Sequence record: PV261925.1
Length of the DNA stretch: 64,000 nucleotides
Strand: one strand, 5' to 3'
A program made the position numbers and the translations under genes. Below the pieces are notes generated by a model. The model was given only the letters and a program-made list of their open reading frames with translations. It ran no database searches and was not told the DNA's origin. Positions 27,468 through 36,455 of the stretch are shown piece after piece. The first letter of the stretch is position 1. Each line of letters starts with the position of its first letter.

Positions 27468-28529
27468 TCAAAGAGCATTGCCACGTGGGAGTACTTCCTC
27501 AGGAAAAACAAAGTTTTCATGTGGCTGATCGACTCCTGCCATCCATGCACGAATACCTTCGTTCAAGAGAATGTTCTTAGTATAAAAAGTCTCAAACTCT
27601 GGATCCTCCGCCGCACGAATCTCCTGAGATACAAAGTCGTAAGCACGAAGATTAAAAGCGAGTCCAATAATACCGATAGAAGCAGTCCAGAGACCCATGA
27701 CGGGAACAAAGAGCATAAAGAAATGCAACCAACGCTTGTTACTAAAAGCAATACCGAAAATCTGTGACCAGAAACGGTTCGCAGTAACCATCGAGTAAGT
27801 CTCCTCCTCTTGTGTACTATCAAAAGCTTTGAAAGTATTCGCTTGTTCGCCATCTTCGTAGAGTGTGTTTTCGACTGTCACACCGTGAATGGCTGAGAGT
27901 AAAGCACCACCAAGGATACCTGCGACTCCCATCATGTGGAAGGGGTTGAGTGTCCAGTTATGAAATCCTTGTAGAAAAAGTAGGAATCGGAAGATTGCCG
28001 CGACACCAAAACTCGGCGCAAAGAACCAACTGGATTGTCCAAGTGGATAGATGAGAAATACAGAAGTGAATACGGCAATAGGACCTGAAAAAGCAATCGC
28101 ATTGTAGGGACGGATACCGACGAGACGAGCAATTTCAAACTGACGTAACATGAAACCTATGAGAGCAAATGCTCCGTGGAGTGCCACGAAATTCCAGAGT
28201 CCCCCAAGTTGGACCCAACGGACGAAATCTCCCTGAGCTTCAGGACCCCATAAGAGTAAGAGGCTATGTCCGAGAGCATCAGCAGGAGTAGAAACAGCAG
28301 CAGTGAGAAAGTTAGCCCCCTCAAGATATGAACTCGCCAGGCCATGGGTGTACCAACTGGTAGCAAAGGTGGTTCCTGTAAGCCAACCGCCAATAGCGAG
28401 ATAAGCTGTAGGGAAAAGGAGAATGCCAGACCAACCGACAAAAACAAACCGATCACGCTTAAGCCAATCATCGAGAACATCGAACCAGCCTCCCCCTTGT
28501 TTAGGAATAGAAAGTGTAGATGAAGCCAA
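27468..28529 (-). CDS. psbD: photosystem II D2 protein
   Basis: [21 protein letters not shown]...[10 protein letters not shown]; TTG start with a GAGG SD. Confidence 0.98.
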   Translation of the reverse strand: MASSTLSIPKQGGGWFDVLDDWLKRDRFVFVGWSGILLFPTAYLAIGGWLTGTTFATSWYTHGLASSYLEGANFLTAAVSTPADALGHSLLLLWGPEAQGDFVRWVQLGGLWNFVALHGAFALIGFMLRQFEIARLVGIRPYNAIAFSGPIAVFTSVFLIYPLGQSSWFFAPSFGVAAIFRFLLFLQGFHNWTLNPFHMMGVAGILGGALLSAIHGVTVENTLYEDGEQANTFKAFDSTQEEETYSMVTANRFWSQIFGIAFSNKRWLHFFMLFVPVMGLWTASIGIIGLAFNLRAYDFVSQEIRAAEDPEFETFYTKNILLNEGIRAWMAGVDQPHENFVFPEEVLPRGNAL

Positions 28530-28561
28530 AAGTTTAACCTCTTAGAATACTTATCATATTT

Positions 28562-28590
28562 AGTTTACACTTCTTTACAAAAGGGGTCAA
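28562..28590 (-). promoter_or_regulatory. psbD promoter with an HLR1-like direct repeat
   Basis: TTGACC-N17-TAAACT; plus-strand TTTACACT-TC-TTTACAAA at 28564-28581. Confidence 0.55.
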
Positions 28591-28647
28591 GAGTAGAACT
28601 ACTTACTCTTTTTCTTTTGAGGACGATACAACTGGGGCCAGGTGTCT

Positions 28648-29091
28648 CTAATAATTTCCGCTAGTTTGTAAGGTGTCTGTGTGGTTATCATTGAGATAGT
28701 TAATCATCCTTGAAAGAGTATCTATATTATCACCAATGTGACCAAGGGCAACGTTACATTTACCACAAAGTAGACCTCTTACCTTGCCTGTGGTGTGACA
28801 ATGGTCAACATGAAATCTCTTACCATTTGAAAATGTGGTGTCGTCTGTTCCACATATTGCACACTTATAATTTTGTCTTGTGAGCATATCATCATATTCA
28901 TTGAGAGTAATACCATACTTACTCTTCAAATCCTTCTCTCTCTTTCTCTCTGGAGAGTATCTCTCTTTCTTTACCTTAGCCTGACAGGGTTTACAGTGAG
29001 AAGAATATTTTCTACTTCCATCAACTCTCTTTCCCTTAGGAGAGAATGACTTGAACTCTTTTGTTTCTCCACATTTATTACAGACGCGCAT
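28648..29091 (-). mobile_element. endonuclease VII-type HNH homing endonuclease between psbA and psbD (F-CphI-like)
   Basis: C..C...C..C N-terminus; YGITLNEYDDML..QNYKCAICG...FHVDHCHTTGKVRGLLC..CN..LG...DN; same position as F-CphI in S-PM2. Confidence 0.85.
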
Positions 29092-29118
29092 AAAAAAAGA
29101 GGAGTGTTAACTCCTCTT
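29092..29118 (-). terminator. psbA terminator abutting the endonuclease ATG
   Basis: AAGAGGAG-TTAACA-CTCCTCTT plus T run, then ATG. Confidence 0.7.
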
Positions 29119-29148
29119 ATTTAACATATTATTCAGTTTTTGTCAACT

Positions 29149-30228
29149 TCAACCAATTGAAGGAGCAGTGAGAGCTACAGGAGTAGACTCGGCAGCTGCA
29201 AGGTCAAGCGGGAAATTGTGTGCGTTCCTTTCGTGCATCACCTCCATCCCCAGACCAGCGCGGTTCAATACGTCAGCCCAAGTGTTGAGGACTTTACCCT
29301 CAGAAGATTGGATTGACTGATTGAAATTAAAGCCGTTCAAGTTGAATGCCATAGTTGACACGCCGAGGGCGGTAAACCAGATGCCGATGACAGGCCATGC
29401 TGCCAGGAAGAAGTGGAGCGAACGTGAGTTGTTAAAAGAGGCATACTGAAAGATAAGTCTTCCAAAGTAACCGTGGGCAGCCACGATATTATATGTTTCC
29501 TCTTCTTGACCAAACTTGTAACCGTAGTTCTGTGACTCGTTCTCAGTGGTTTCACGAACCAGTGAGGAGGTAACCAGTGAACCATGCATTGCGGAGAACA
29601 GTGAACCACCGAAGACACCAGCGACACCCAGCATGTGGAAGGGGTGCATCAGGATGTTGTGTTCTGCCTGGAAGACAAGCATGTAGTTGAAGGTACCAGA
29701 GATACCCAGGGGCATACCATCAGAGAAAGAACCTTGACCGAAAGGATAGACGAGGAAGACTGCGGATGCAGCTGCAACAGGTGCAGAGTAAGCAACACAG
29801 ATCCAAGGACGCATACCCAGTCTGTATGAAAGTTCCCACTCACGACCCATGTAGCAGAAGACGCCGATGAGGAAGTGGAAGACTACCAGTTGATAAGGAC
29901 CACCATTGTAGAGCCATTCATCCAGAGATGCGGCTTCCCAAATGGGGTAGAAGTGAAGACCAATTGCGTTGGAAGAAGGAACAACTGCACCAGAGATGAT
30001 GTTGTTACCGTACATCAGAGAACCAGCGACTGGTTCACGAATGCCATCGATGTCCACTGGGGGAGCAGCGATGAACGCAGTAATGAAACAAACGGTTGCT
30101 GCCAACAGAGTTGGGATCATCAGCACACCGAACCAACCGACATACAGACGGTTATTTGTGGACGTGACCCAGGAACAGAAGGATTCCCAGGTAGAGGCGC
30201 CTTGTTGGCGCGAAAGAGTTGCGGACAT
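29149..30228 (-). CDS. psbA: photosystem II D1 protein, intronless
   Basis: Continuous ORF ...[14 protein letters not shown]...[14 protein letters not shown]; start moved to MSATLSR. Confidence 0.98.
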   Translation of the reverse strand: MSATLSRQQGASTWESFCSWVTSTNNRLYVGWFGVLMIPTLLAATVCFITAFIAAPPVDIDGIREPVAGSLMYGNNIISGAVVPSSNAIGLHFYPIWEAASLDEWLYNGGPYQLVVFHFLIGVFCYMGREWELSYRLGMRPWICVAYSAPVAAASAVFLVYPFGQGSFSDGMPLGISGTFNYMLVFQAEHNILMHPFHMLGVAGVFGGSLFSAMHGSLVTSSLVRETTENESQNYGYKFGQEEETYNIVAAHGYFGRLIFQYASFNNSRSLHFFLAAWPVIGIWFTALGVSTMAFNLNGFNFNQSIQSSEGKVLNTWADVLNRAGLGMEVMHERNAHNFPLDLAAAESTPVALTAPSIG

Positions 30229-30231
30229 TGT

Positions 30232-30345
30232 TTTGAACAAAAAAGTAAGACCATCAGGGAAATGGTGGAGTTACTATTTCCTCGTACCCTTAACGAGGAT
30301 ATGAAAGACGTGTTTATACTCCCTAGAGGTCTTGGTTTAAGGGGA
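30232..30345 (-). ncRNA. structured psbA 5' leader (PhotoRC-II-like)
   Basis: Hairpins CCTCGT-TAAGGGT-ACGAGG and ACCAT-TTCCCTG-ATGGT; wording matches my recollection of cyanophage psbA leaders. Confidence 0.55.
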
Positions 30346-30380
30346 GTTTAGGTAAGTCAGGAAACCCTGACCTGTCCATG

Positions 30381-30414
30381 TATTTATAATAACCTACTTT
30401 GGTGGTCCTGTCAA
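30381..30414 (-). promoter_or_regulatory. overlapping early (sigma70) and T4 late promoters of psbA
   Basis: TTGACA-N17-TATTAT, and TATAAATA at 30388-30381. Confidence 0.75.
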
Positions 30415-30427
30415 CTCTCTTAGCCAC

Positions 30428-30485
30428 TTGACAGACTGTCCATTCTTGAATAGAATAGGCTTGTCCAGGATGATAAGGGTTTACT
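30428..30485 (+). promoter_or_regulatory. promoter + conserved leader element, copy B
   Basis: TTGACA-N17-TAGAAT-AGGCTTGTCCAGGATGATAAGGGTTTACT. Confidence 0.65.
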
Positions 30486-32412
30486 TAGGTAATCTTTTAG
30501 CTTTTTCTACTTTTTTATCAATAGCTTTAATACCAGTCCTTGGCATTGCTTTAGCACTAATAGGATCTAGTTTATTAAATCTTTGAGAAGTCTTCTCACC
30601 TGTTACAAGATCAGGATGAAGTCCTTTGATCTGAGGTGGTGGTGGATTCTCTGGGAACTCAGGTTTAATATCTTTATCTTTAAAGAATGCTTGTGGATTT
30701 TTAAGTTTTCTTTCCACAATCATTTCTCCTTCTGGTTCATAAGAATTTTTTTGATGTTGTCTATTTGTTTTCCATTTGTTTCTTACTCTCTGTCTATTTT
30801 TAACAGCATTTGCTCTTCTTTCTTCTGCTCTCTTAATTCTTTCAGGATCACCACTAGCATTTGCTGCTTCAAGTTCAGCAGTTGCATCTTGTAATTGTTT
30901 ATCAGCTGCAGCAGTTTCTTGTTTTTGTTGTTCACTGGTTCCTCTTTCATAGTCTTGAGCATCTCTTTCAGCTCTTCCCATGTCAGGTTCCCAATTATTG
31001 ACTAACCATTCTGCTGCATCATATGACAGATTAGTTACTGCCATAACTCCAGCAACACCCAATCCAATAAGTCCTGAAATAGCTTCAGCACTTAAACCAA
31101 GAAGTCCAAGTTCACCCATGGCTTGATCCATAGCAGTTTGATATAATTCTGTACCATATGGATTCTTAGAAAGTGGTGTCAAGTCTTGACTGTAATCAAC
31201 CTCTGCTGCTTGTTCCCATGATGGTGCTTGAGAAGGATCAGTAAACTCTCTGTCGGCATTAGTACCAGGGAAGGAGTCACCAAATTTATTAAGAAGATAT
31301 TGGTCACTTGCATTCATCATCTCTCTGAGTTTTTTAATCTTCTGTTCATTTGATAATTTTGAGAACTCGCCAGTCCTTACAAACGATGAAGACTCTGGAT
31401 TATCAAGAGGAACAAATACTGTGAGGGGAGTTTTTCTTTTCAGACCAATATTAGATACTGTAAATGTTCTTGCATAATTTCCATTTAAATCAGAAAAATT
31501 ATCTTTAATCCAATCCCACAAATACAATCTATCTGCTTCTGTATGACCACCCGTCTCACCAGAGACAGGCCAGGGATCATATCCACCATATTCTCTTCCA
31601 CTATAAAAATCCCAAATCAATAAAGTTATAGAAGTACTTTTATAATCATCATCTGCCCAGTCATTATTTACAATGTCCCATATTCTCGCTGCAGATGCTG
31701 TGTTCGCAACGGTTGCACCCCAAAAATTTCTACCCATTGCAAGTCTTGAAAGATAATCAGTTCTATAATTTTCATTATCAGAACTATCGAAAGTATCTAC
31801 TTTGAATTGAAAGCTAGTATTTTTTTTTCTAGCCTCTGGTGGTAGTTCAAAATTATATTCTCCACTTGACAAAAGAGACCCTACAATAGTTCCAAAATCA
31901 AAAGAAGTATCAAACTCACCCCCATCCCCATTATATCCATAAAATTGAACTTTTAAAGGGTGAGCAGGTAGTGGTGCATTATTTCCTGTTCCAACTGTTA
32001 ATCTAAACGAGAGGTGACTTAAAAGACTTGTATCATAAGTAGTAGTTGTACCCCATTGATACCAATTCTGCCCGTATTGTCCACCACCTGGTTCTACTGT
32101 TCCAAATTTAATTTCACCATCAGCCACCAATCCAAATTGAGATTGCATTGCATCATCAGTAGCAGGGACATCTGTAAGAACAGTATCACCCTCTGATGGA
32201 AGAGTTGATGCATAGGTGAATGCCTGAGTGGTCATTCCTTCATCTAGATCAAATCTCCAGTTGGAATATAAAGGACTATTTTTGTTTAATAATGTTTCTA
32301 ATTCTTTTTTACGACACAGTTCTTCTATACGCTTCTCTTCCTGAAGCTTCCATGTATTTCTTTTGACATCCGCCATGGATACATGACGAAGAATTGAATT
32401 ATAAGACGCCAT
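30481..32412 (-). CDS. large hypothetical protein (643 aa), possible internal virion protein
   Basis: ORF track; YSNWRFDLDE and SYEPEGEMIVE motifs; acidic beta-rich middle and coiled-coil segments. Confidence 0.7.
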   Translation of the reverse strand: MASYNSILRHVSMADVKRNTWKLQEEKRIEELCRKKELETLLNKNSPLYSNWRFDLDEGMTTQAFTYASTLPSEGDTVLTDVPATDDAMQSQFGLVADGEIKFGTVEPGGGQYGQNWYQWGTTTTYDTSLLSHLSFRLTVGTGNNAPLPAHPLKVQFYGYNGDGGEFDTSFDFGTIVGSLLSSGEYNFELPPEARKKNTSFQFKVDTFDSSDNENYRTDYLSRLAMGRNFWGATVANTASAARIWDIVNNDWADDDYKSTSITLLIWDFYSGREYGGYDPWPVSGETGGHTEADRLYLWDWIKDNFSDLNGNYARTFTVSNIGLKRKTPLTVFVPLDNPESSSFVRTGEFSKLSNEQKIKKLREMMNASDQYLLNKFGDSFPGTNADREFTDPSQAPSWEQAAEVDYSQDLTPLSKNPYGTELYQTAMDQAMGELGLLGLSAEAISGLIGLGVAGVMAVTNLSYDAAEWLVNNWEPDMGRAERDAQDYERGTSEQQKQETAAADKQLQDATAELEAANASGDPERIKRAEERRANAVKNRQRVRNKWKTNRQHQKNSYEPEGEMIVERKLKNPQAFFKDKDIKPEFPENPPPPQIKGLHPDLVTGEKTSQRFNKLDPISAKAMPRTGIKAIDKKVEKAKRLPK

Positions 32413-32437
32413 CTACGTAGATGTTTTCTTATATTTA

Positions 32438-32596
32438 TTAGTAGGTAAATTCGTTTATGTAATCAAGAACCTTGTTGAGATACTCGTCAGCAAGGTATTT
32501 GTTTTCTGCAAGACCTTCTCTATCTTTGAGTTCGTTTTTCAATCTATAAACCTTAGATAAAATCTCATACCTGGTCAGTTGTCCGTGGGGCATCAT
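32438..32596 (-). CDS. small hypothetical protein (52 aa)
   Basis: Hand-translated MMPHGQLTRYEILSKVYRLKNEL...LADEYLNKVLDYINEFTY. Confidence 0.6.
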   Translation of the reverse strand: MMPHGQLTRYEILSKVYRLKNELKDREGLAENKYLADEYLNKVLDYINEFTY

Positions 32597-32855
32597 ATTC
32601 TCCTTTTATCTTTGAATCAATAAACCTAGATCTTTTCTTCCAAGTATCCTTTTCTCCATATATATGACCTTTCTTGTGAGAAGGGTTTATACATTGAGGA
32701 GATTCCACCAAACCACAGACGAGGTTAGATAGGGTTTCAGGATCTCCAAGCTTACCAGTGCCAGACCATATATGTTGTCCATTTAACCAAATTGCTCCAC
32801 ACTTAGAACATTCCTTTCTATCAATAGATAGGTCAGAAGTTTCTTTATCGTCCAT
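32565..32855 (-). CDS. conserved Cys-containing hypothetical protein
   Basis: ECSKCGAIWLNGQHIWSGTG...NLVC...CIN. Confidence 0.7.
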   Translation of the reverse strand: MDDKETSDLSIDRKECSKCGAIWLNGQHIWSGTGKLGDPETLSNLVCGLVESPQCINPSHKKGHIYGEKDTWKKRSRFIDSKIKGEYDAPRTTDQV

Positions 32856-32975
32856 AGATTGTTACACTGTGATACAGTTTCAACTATTTACAAATTTTAG
32901 TATTTCTTTAGATCAAAATGTTAGTGTTGTAACACACTCAGATAATTCTAAATATCTACAGTGTACGTTAGATCA

Positions 32976-33473
32976 ATGAAAAAAGTCTTTCTGACTTTAG
33001 GTATGTTATTGATGACCGCAGGTGCTGCAAATGCTGGCGGACTTGTTCATAGTATGTCTTCTTCTGTTCAACTGACTGTTGATTCAGCAAGAACCCAATC
33101 AACTAGACTTGGTAATCAGTACTCCGTGTCAGGAAGTAACGTCAATACTTCTGATGGAACAAATTCAGGAGCATTGACCACTGGTTCAATTTCAAGTGGT
33201 GTCTATTCACCTGGTACCATCACTGCAACTCAAGCAACAGCTGGTGAAGCATTCTCTTTCTCAACTTCATTTATTGAGGGTGATGCTCTGAGCACTTCTG
33301 CTCCTACTGTAGGAACTGTAAGTAACTTCTCAAGTCAAACTTCTTATGCATCTGGATCAGCTGGAACTCTTGCAGGTACAATTACAACTGATGGTGGTAT
33401 CACTCTGACTGCTGGTGGAGCTGGTACAAGCGCAACGGGTCAATTCGTCTCTGAAATCACGGTCATCGATTGA
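32976..33473 (+). CDS. signal-peptide S/T/G-rich protein
   Basis: MKKVFLTLGMLLMTAGAANA signal peptide; CTAAATA late-like box upstream. Confidence 0.75.
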   Translation: MKKVFLTLGMLLMTAGAANAGGLVHSMSSSVQLTVDSARTQSTRLGNQYSVSGSNVNTSDGTNSGALTTGSISSGVYSPGTITATQATAGEAFSFSTSFIEGDALSTSAPTVGTVSNFSSQTSYASGSAGTLAGTITTDGGITLTAGGAGTSATGQFVSEITVID

Positions 33474-33916
33474 TGACTAGACTACAAGAAGCAATCGGTC
33501 TTGGGTTGGTTCTTGGTGTGGTTCACGGGTTACTACAACCAGCACACAGTGTACCCGTAGTACCAAACTTTACTCAGGGAAGTATGACAAGTCATACTGA
33601 AACCACGAGCACAGTGACTGAAACCATTAATTCAATGGACTACAACACAGGGTATCAATACTCTGCAACTGGGTCTGGAGTAACTGTCAATGGAAATTTA
33701 TCTCCAGGAACTGGTTCTGTAAATGTTAATATCAATGGGGTGACCTCATCATGGACTGGAGCAACATCAAAACCAGTATTTTCTCAAACAACAACAGGTG
33801 CTCCGTTTCAGTTCACCGAAACATACAGGGGACCAGGGCTCAGCAATCACACGATTATCCAACGTACCACAGAAATCAGGTCAGTAACTGACACAACCAG
33901 TATCTTTAGCCAGTAG
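33470..33916 (+). CDS. signal-peptide T/S/G-rich protein
   Basis: ...QPAHS|VPVVPNFTQGSMTSHTETTS. Confidence 0.75.
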   Translation: MMTRLQEAIGLGLVLGVVHGLLQPAHSVPVVPNFTQGSMTSHTETTSTVTETINSMDYNTGYQYSATGSGVTVNGNLSPGTGSVNVNINGVTSSWTGATSKPVFSQTTTGAPFQFTETYRGPGLSNHTIIQRTTEIRSVTDTTSIFSQ

Positions 33917-34420
33917 TGCCTCGTAAAGAAGTTTGATTTCTTCTAACGTGGCATTATTTTTTATACGGTTTGCTCTCTGACTGATAATCCATACATTGTC
34001 AGGGGTATAACCTTTACTACTATCAATTCTATCTACACTAGGGCTCGTATCTTGATGACCCGTGTGTTCCATTTTAAACCCTAATACAGGGCATCTCTCA
34101 GGTATAACTATATCAGATAGTCTAAGGGTGCATTCCTCCCCCCTTCTCTTGGCGTTACGACGGGCGTAATTCAACAGGCGCCTTTCATACTTTGTCTTGG
34201 GGTCAGACTTAGGGTGTGTATATCCTTCTTTCTTTCGACAACCACAACTCACAGGTGGCTTAGGTCTTCTAAATACATCACTAGTGTATAGTTTCTCAGA
34301 ACTACACCAATCACAACGACACCAGTAAGTTCCTCGTTTATTTTTAGTAGTAGCCTCTAGGTCTTTACGTAATATATACAGGCCACCGAACTGTTCTCCA
34401 GTGTAATCTACAATCTTCAT
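33881..34420 (-). mobile_element. HNH homing endonuclease-like gene inserted antisense in a plus-strand operon
   Basis: DYTGEQFGGL...CRCDWC...SCGC N-terminal domain; CPVLG...SPSVDRIDSSKGYTPDNVWIISQRANRIKNNAT. Confidence 0.8.
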
Positions 34421-34432
34421 TGTGATAATATT

Positions 34433-35179
34433 ATGACACTACGAAAACTATTTAGTCTCAATAGATATTTTATCACACTTTTCCTAATTTGTCAACATGC
34501 AAATCCGTCATTGGCTGAAACAGTGGGTGGTGTTAGCGCCACAGCTGCTCCTGTTGCTAACTCTTCAGGTTCTGTTACTAATCAAGCTATCCAAGTCCTC
34601 CAAGGACCATACATCACTAACACATATGGAGGAGGAATTCAATGTCAGGGACCTACTCTTAATGTAACGCCATTCATTACTGGTTCATTGTCACAGGCTC
34701 ATCCCTATGAACCATACTATAATGACCCTGTATATGATATGTCTGACTTAGATGATGATGGTGTACTTGATAACCCTGGAAACATCTTATATCATGTTCC
34801 TACTAGAACGGGTCAAAAGAATAATACAAACCTGTCTCTGGGGTTCTCAGCCACCTGGTCTAATCCTTTAGATAAAACATTACAAGACCAGTGTAAGAGA
34901 GCAGCAGCAACACAGATTGCATTACAAGAACAGTTGACTGCAAACAAACGTCTAGACTTCGAGATTGCCAGACTGAAGAATTGTGGCGAGTTGAAGAAAC
35001 AAGGCATCTATTTCCACCCCAAGTCGCCATATTATAAAATATGTGCGGATGTGATTGTTACTAATCCTGGTGGTGTCATCCCCCCTCATAGACATACTAT
35101 TCCCTCCCCTTCAAAATCCGAACAGCCTTATTCCTCGAACGCTGCTGACCTCGGCGCTCCCTTAACGAATCAACCTTAA
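34433..35179 (+). CDS. conserved secreted-type hypothetical protein
   Basis: SLA|ETVGGVSATAAPVANSSGSVTNQAIQVLQG...DFEIARLKNCGEL. Confidence 0.7.
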   Translation: MTLRKLFSLNRYFITLFLICQHANPSLAETVGGVSATAAPVANSSGSVTNQAIQVLQGPYITNTYGGGIQCQGPTLNVTPFITGSLSQAHPYEPYYNDPVYDMSDLDDDGVLDNPGNILYHVPTRTGQKNNTNLSLGFSATWSNPLDKTLQDQCKRAAATQIALQEQLTANKRLDFEIARLKNCGELKKQGIYFHPKSPYYKICADVIVTNPGGVIPPHRHTIPSPSKSEQPYSSNAADLGAPLTNQP

Positions 35180-35771
35180 CCTTTTTACCTACCATTTGAG
35201 ATACCTTCTTTACAACTTTCTTGATGGTTGGTTTGATTAACTTGAGTAGAAAGTCAGCAATCGGTTTTGCCAACAGTGCTGATGTGGTTGCTACAAGTGC
35301 AATCGATGCAGTGGTTGTAACTGTACCCAGTGGTGGTAGATATTCTTCTGTCCAGGGTATCTCTGGTTTGGTTTCTACAGTTTCTTCCTCCTCTACAATG
35401 GCAGTTTGTGGAGGAGTTTTTGGTATCTCTGGTGTCTCTGGTACAGGTGGTTTAGGTGAGTTCGGAACCTTAGGTACCTTTGCTGGTTCAGTATAGATTA
35501 ATTGTTCAGGTTCAAACTGAATAGGATTAAAACCAGGGATGCCAGAGTCACAAATTGTAAAATTACCTTTCGGGTCGTCAGTGGGGAGTGTGGTTGATGT
35601 TGAGTCACGAGCTTCTACACATCCAGGTAAGTTTACTATTGGTAGACCAATGTCAACTGTGACAGGTGCATTAATACCTGATACTACAGGTGGTGCATTG
35701 GATAATGGATTGATCTGTATCCTTATCGGGTCGATCCGTATAGGTTGAATTTCCATGTAGTTCACTGACAA
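35097..35771 (-). CDS. Pro-rich membrane-anchored hypothetical protein
   Basis: PGCVEAR...CD...FNPI; Pro-rich linker; C-terminal TM helix and basic tail. Confidence 0.7.
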   Translation of the reverse strand: MSVNYMEIQPIRIDPIRIQINPLSNAPPVVSGINAPVTVDIGLPIVNLPGCVEARDSTSTTLPTDDPKGNFTICDSGIPGFNPIQFEPEQLIYTEPAKVPKVPNSPKPPVPETPEIPKTPPQTAIVEEEETVETKPEIPWTEEYLPPLGTVTTTASIALVATTSALLAKPIADFLLKLIKPTIKKVVKKVSQMVGKKVKVDSLRERRGQQRSRNKAVRILKGRE

Positions 35772-35922
35772 TTAAAGCCTTTTCAGCCATTAAAACCGTG
35801 GGACATAACTGTCCAGTTAATGATCCTTCAGTAAGTGCAAATGCTGGTGAGGAAAAAAGAATAAAGATCCAGAACATAATTCAATTTCAAATAATTTATA
35901 TTTAACATCTCTCATCAAATTT

Positions 35923-36180
35923 TCAGAAAGGAACAACTCCACCTGTTACATTTGGTGACGATTTGATAACATCACCTGTTGCATCAGGTAGTTCTGGCAT
36001 TGCTGCATCCAACATACCAGGTAATGCATTTGTGATTGACTCAGTAACACCATTAATCATTTGAGTCTTCACATTATGAATCATGTTATCTTTCTCAAGG
36101 TAGATCCATGTACCACCTACGACTACGCCCAGTGATACAAGACCTGAAAGTAATGCAATACCATTAATGATCTTTTGCAT
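35923..36180 (-). CDS. small membrane protein
   Basis: MQKIINGIALLSGLVSLGVVVGG TM helix. Confidence 0.7.
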   Translation of the reverse strand: MQKIINGIALLSGLVSLGVVVGGTWIYLEKDNMIHNVKTQMINGVTESITNALPGMLDAAMPELPDATGDVIKSSPNVTGGVVPF

Positions 36181-36382
36181 TTTCTTCTACCTTTTTAAAA
36201 AGTTCTTCTCTATCTATAAGAAGTTGTTTCTCCAACTTTCTTTTCATTAATTCCATCTTGATACGAAGTGGAATGAATCTTAATTGTAAATCAATGTAAG
36301 CAAACAATTTCATTGTGTTGTCAAATCCTGCGTATGCTACCAGGAGAACAACAATTGTGACTGTAAGATATAAACCAATCAT
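36164..36382 (-). CDS. small membrane protein
   Basis: N-terminal TM helix; YIDLQLRF. Confidence 0.65.
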   Translation of the reverse strand: MIGLYLTVTIVVLLVAYAGFDNTMKLFAYIDLQLRFIPLRIKMELMKRKLEKQLLIDREELFKKVEENAKDH

Positions 36383-36455
36383 GATCTTCTAGTCCATGTT
36401 AATTCCATTGTAATACAAAGAAGAATTAAAAATCCGTATACAAAAATACCACTTA

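Noticed and set aside
29092-29118. Hairpin sequestering the endonuclease SD (I-TevI-style control)
   Set aside because: GAGGAG is 18 nt from the ATG, too far for an SD; it is better explained as the psbA terminator
29149-30228. Group I intron in psbA, as in S-PM2
   Set aside because: The frame is continuous through [10 protein letters not shown]; there is no insertion
27465-30351. Long alternate-frame and antisense ORFs over psbA/psbD (27465-27767, 27563-27853, 29875-30351, 29969-30304)
   Set aside because: Shadows of biased codon usage in highly expressed genes; no SD, promoter or motif support
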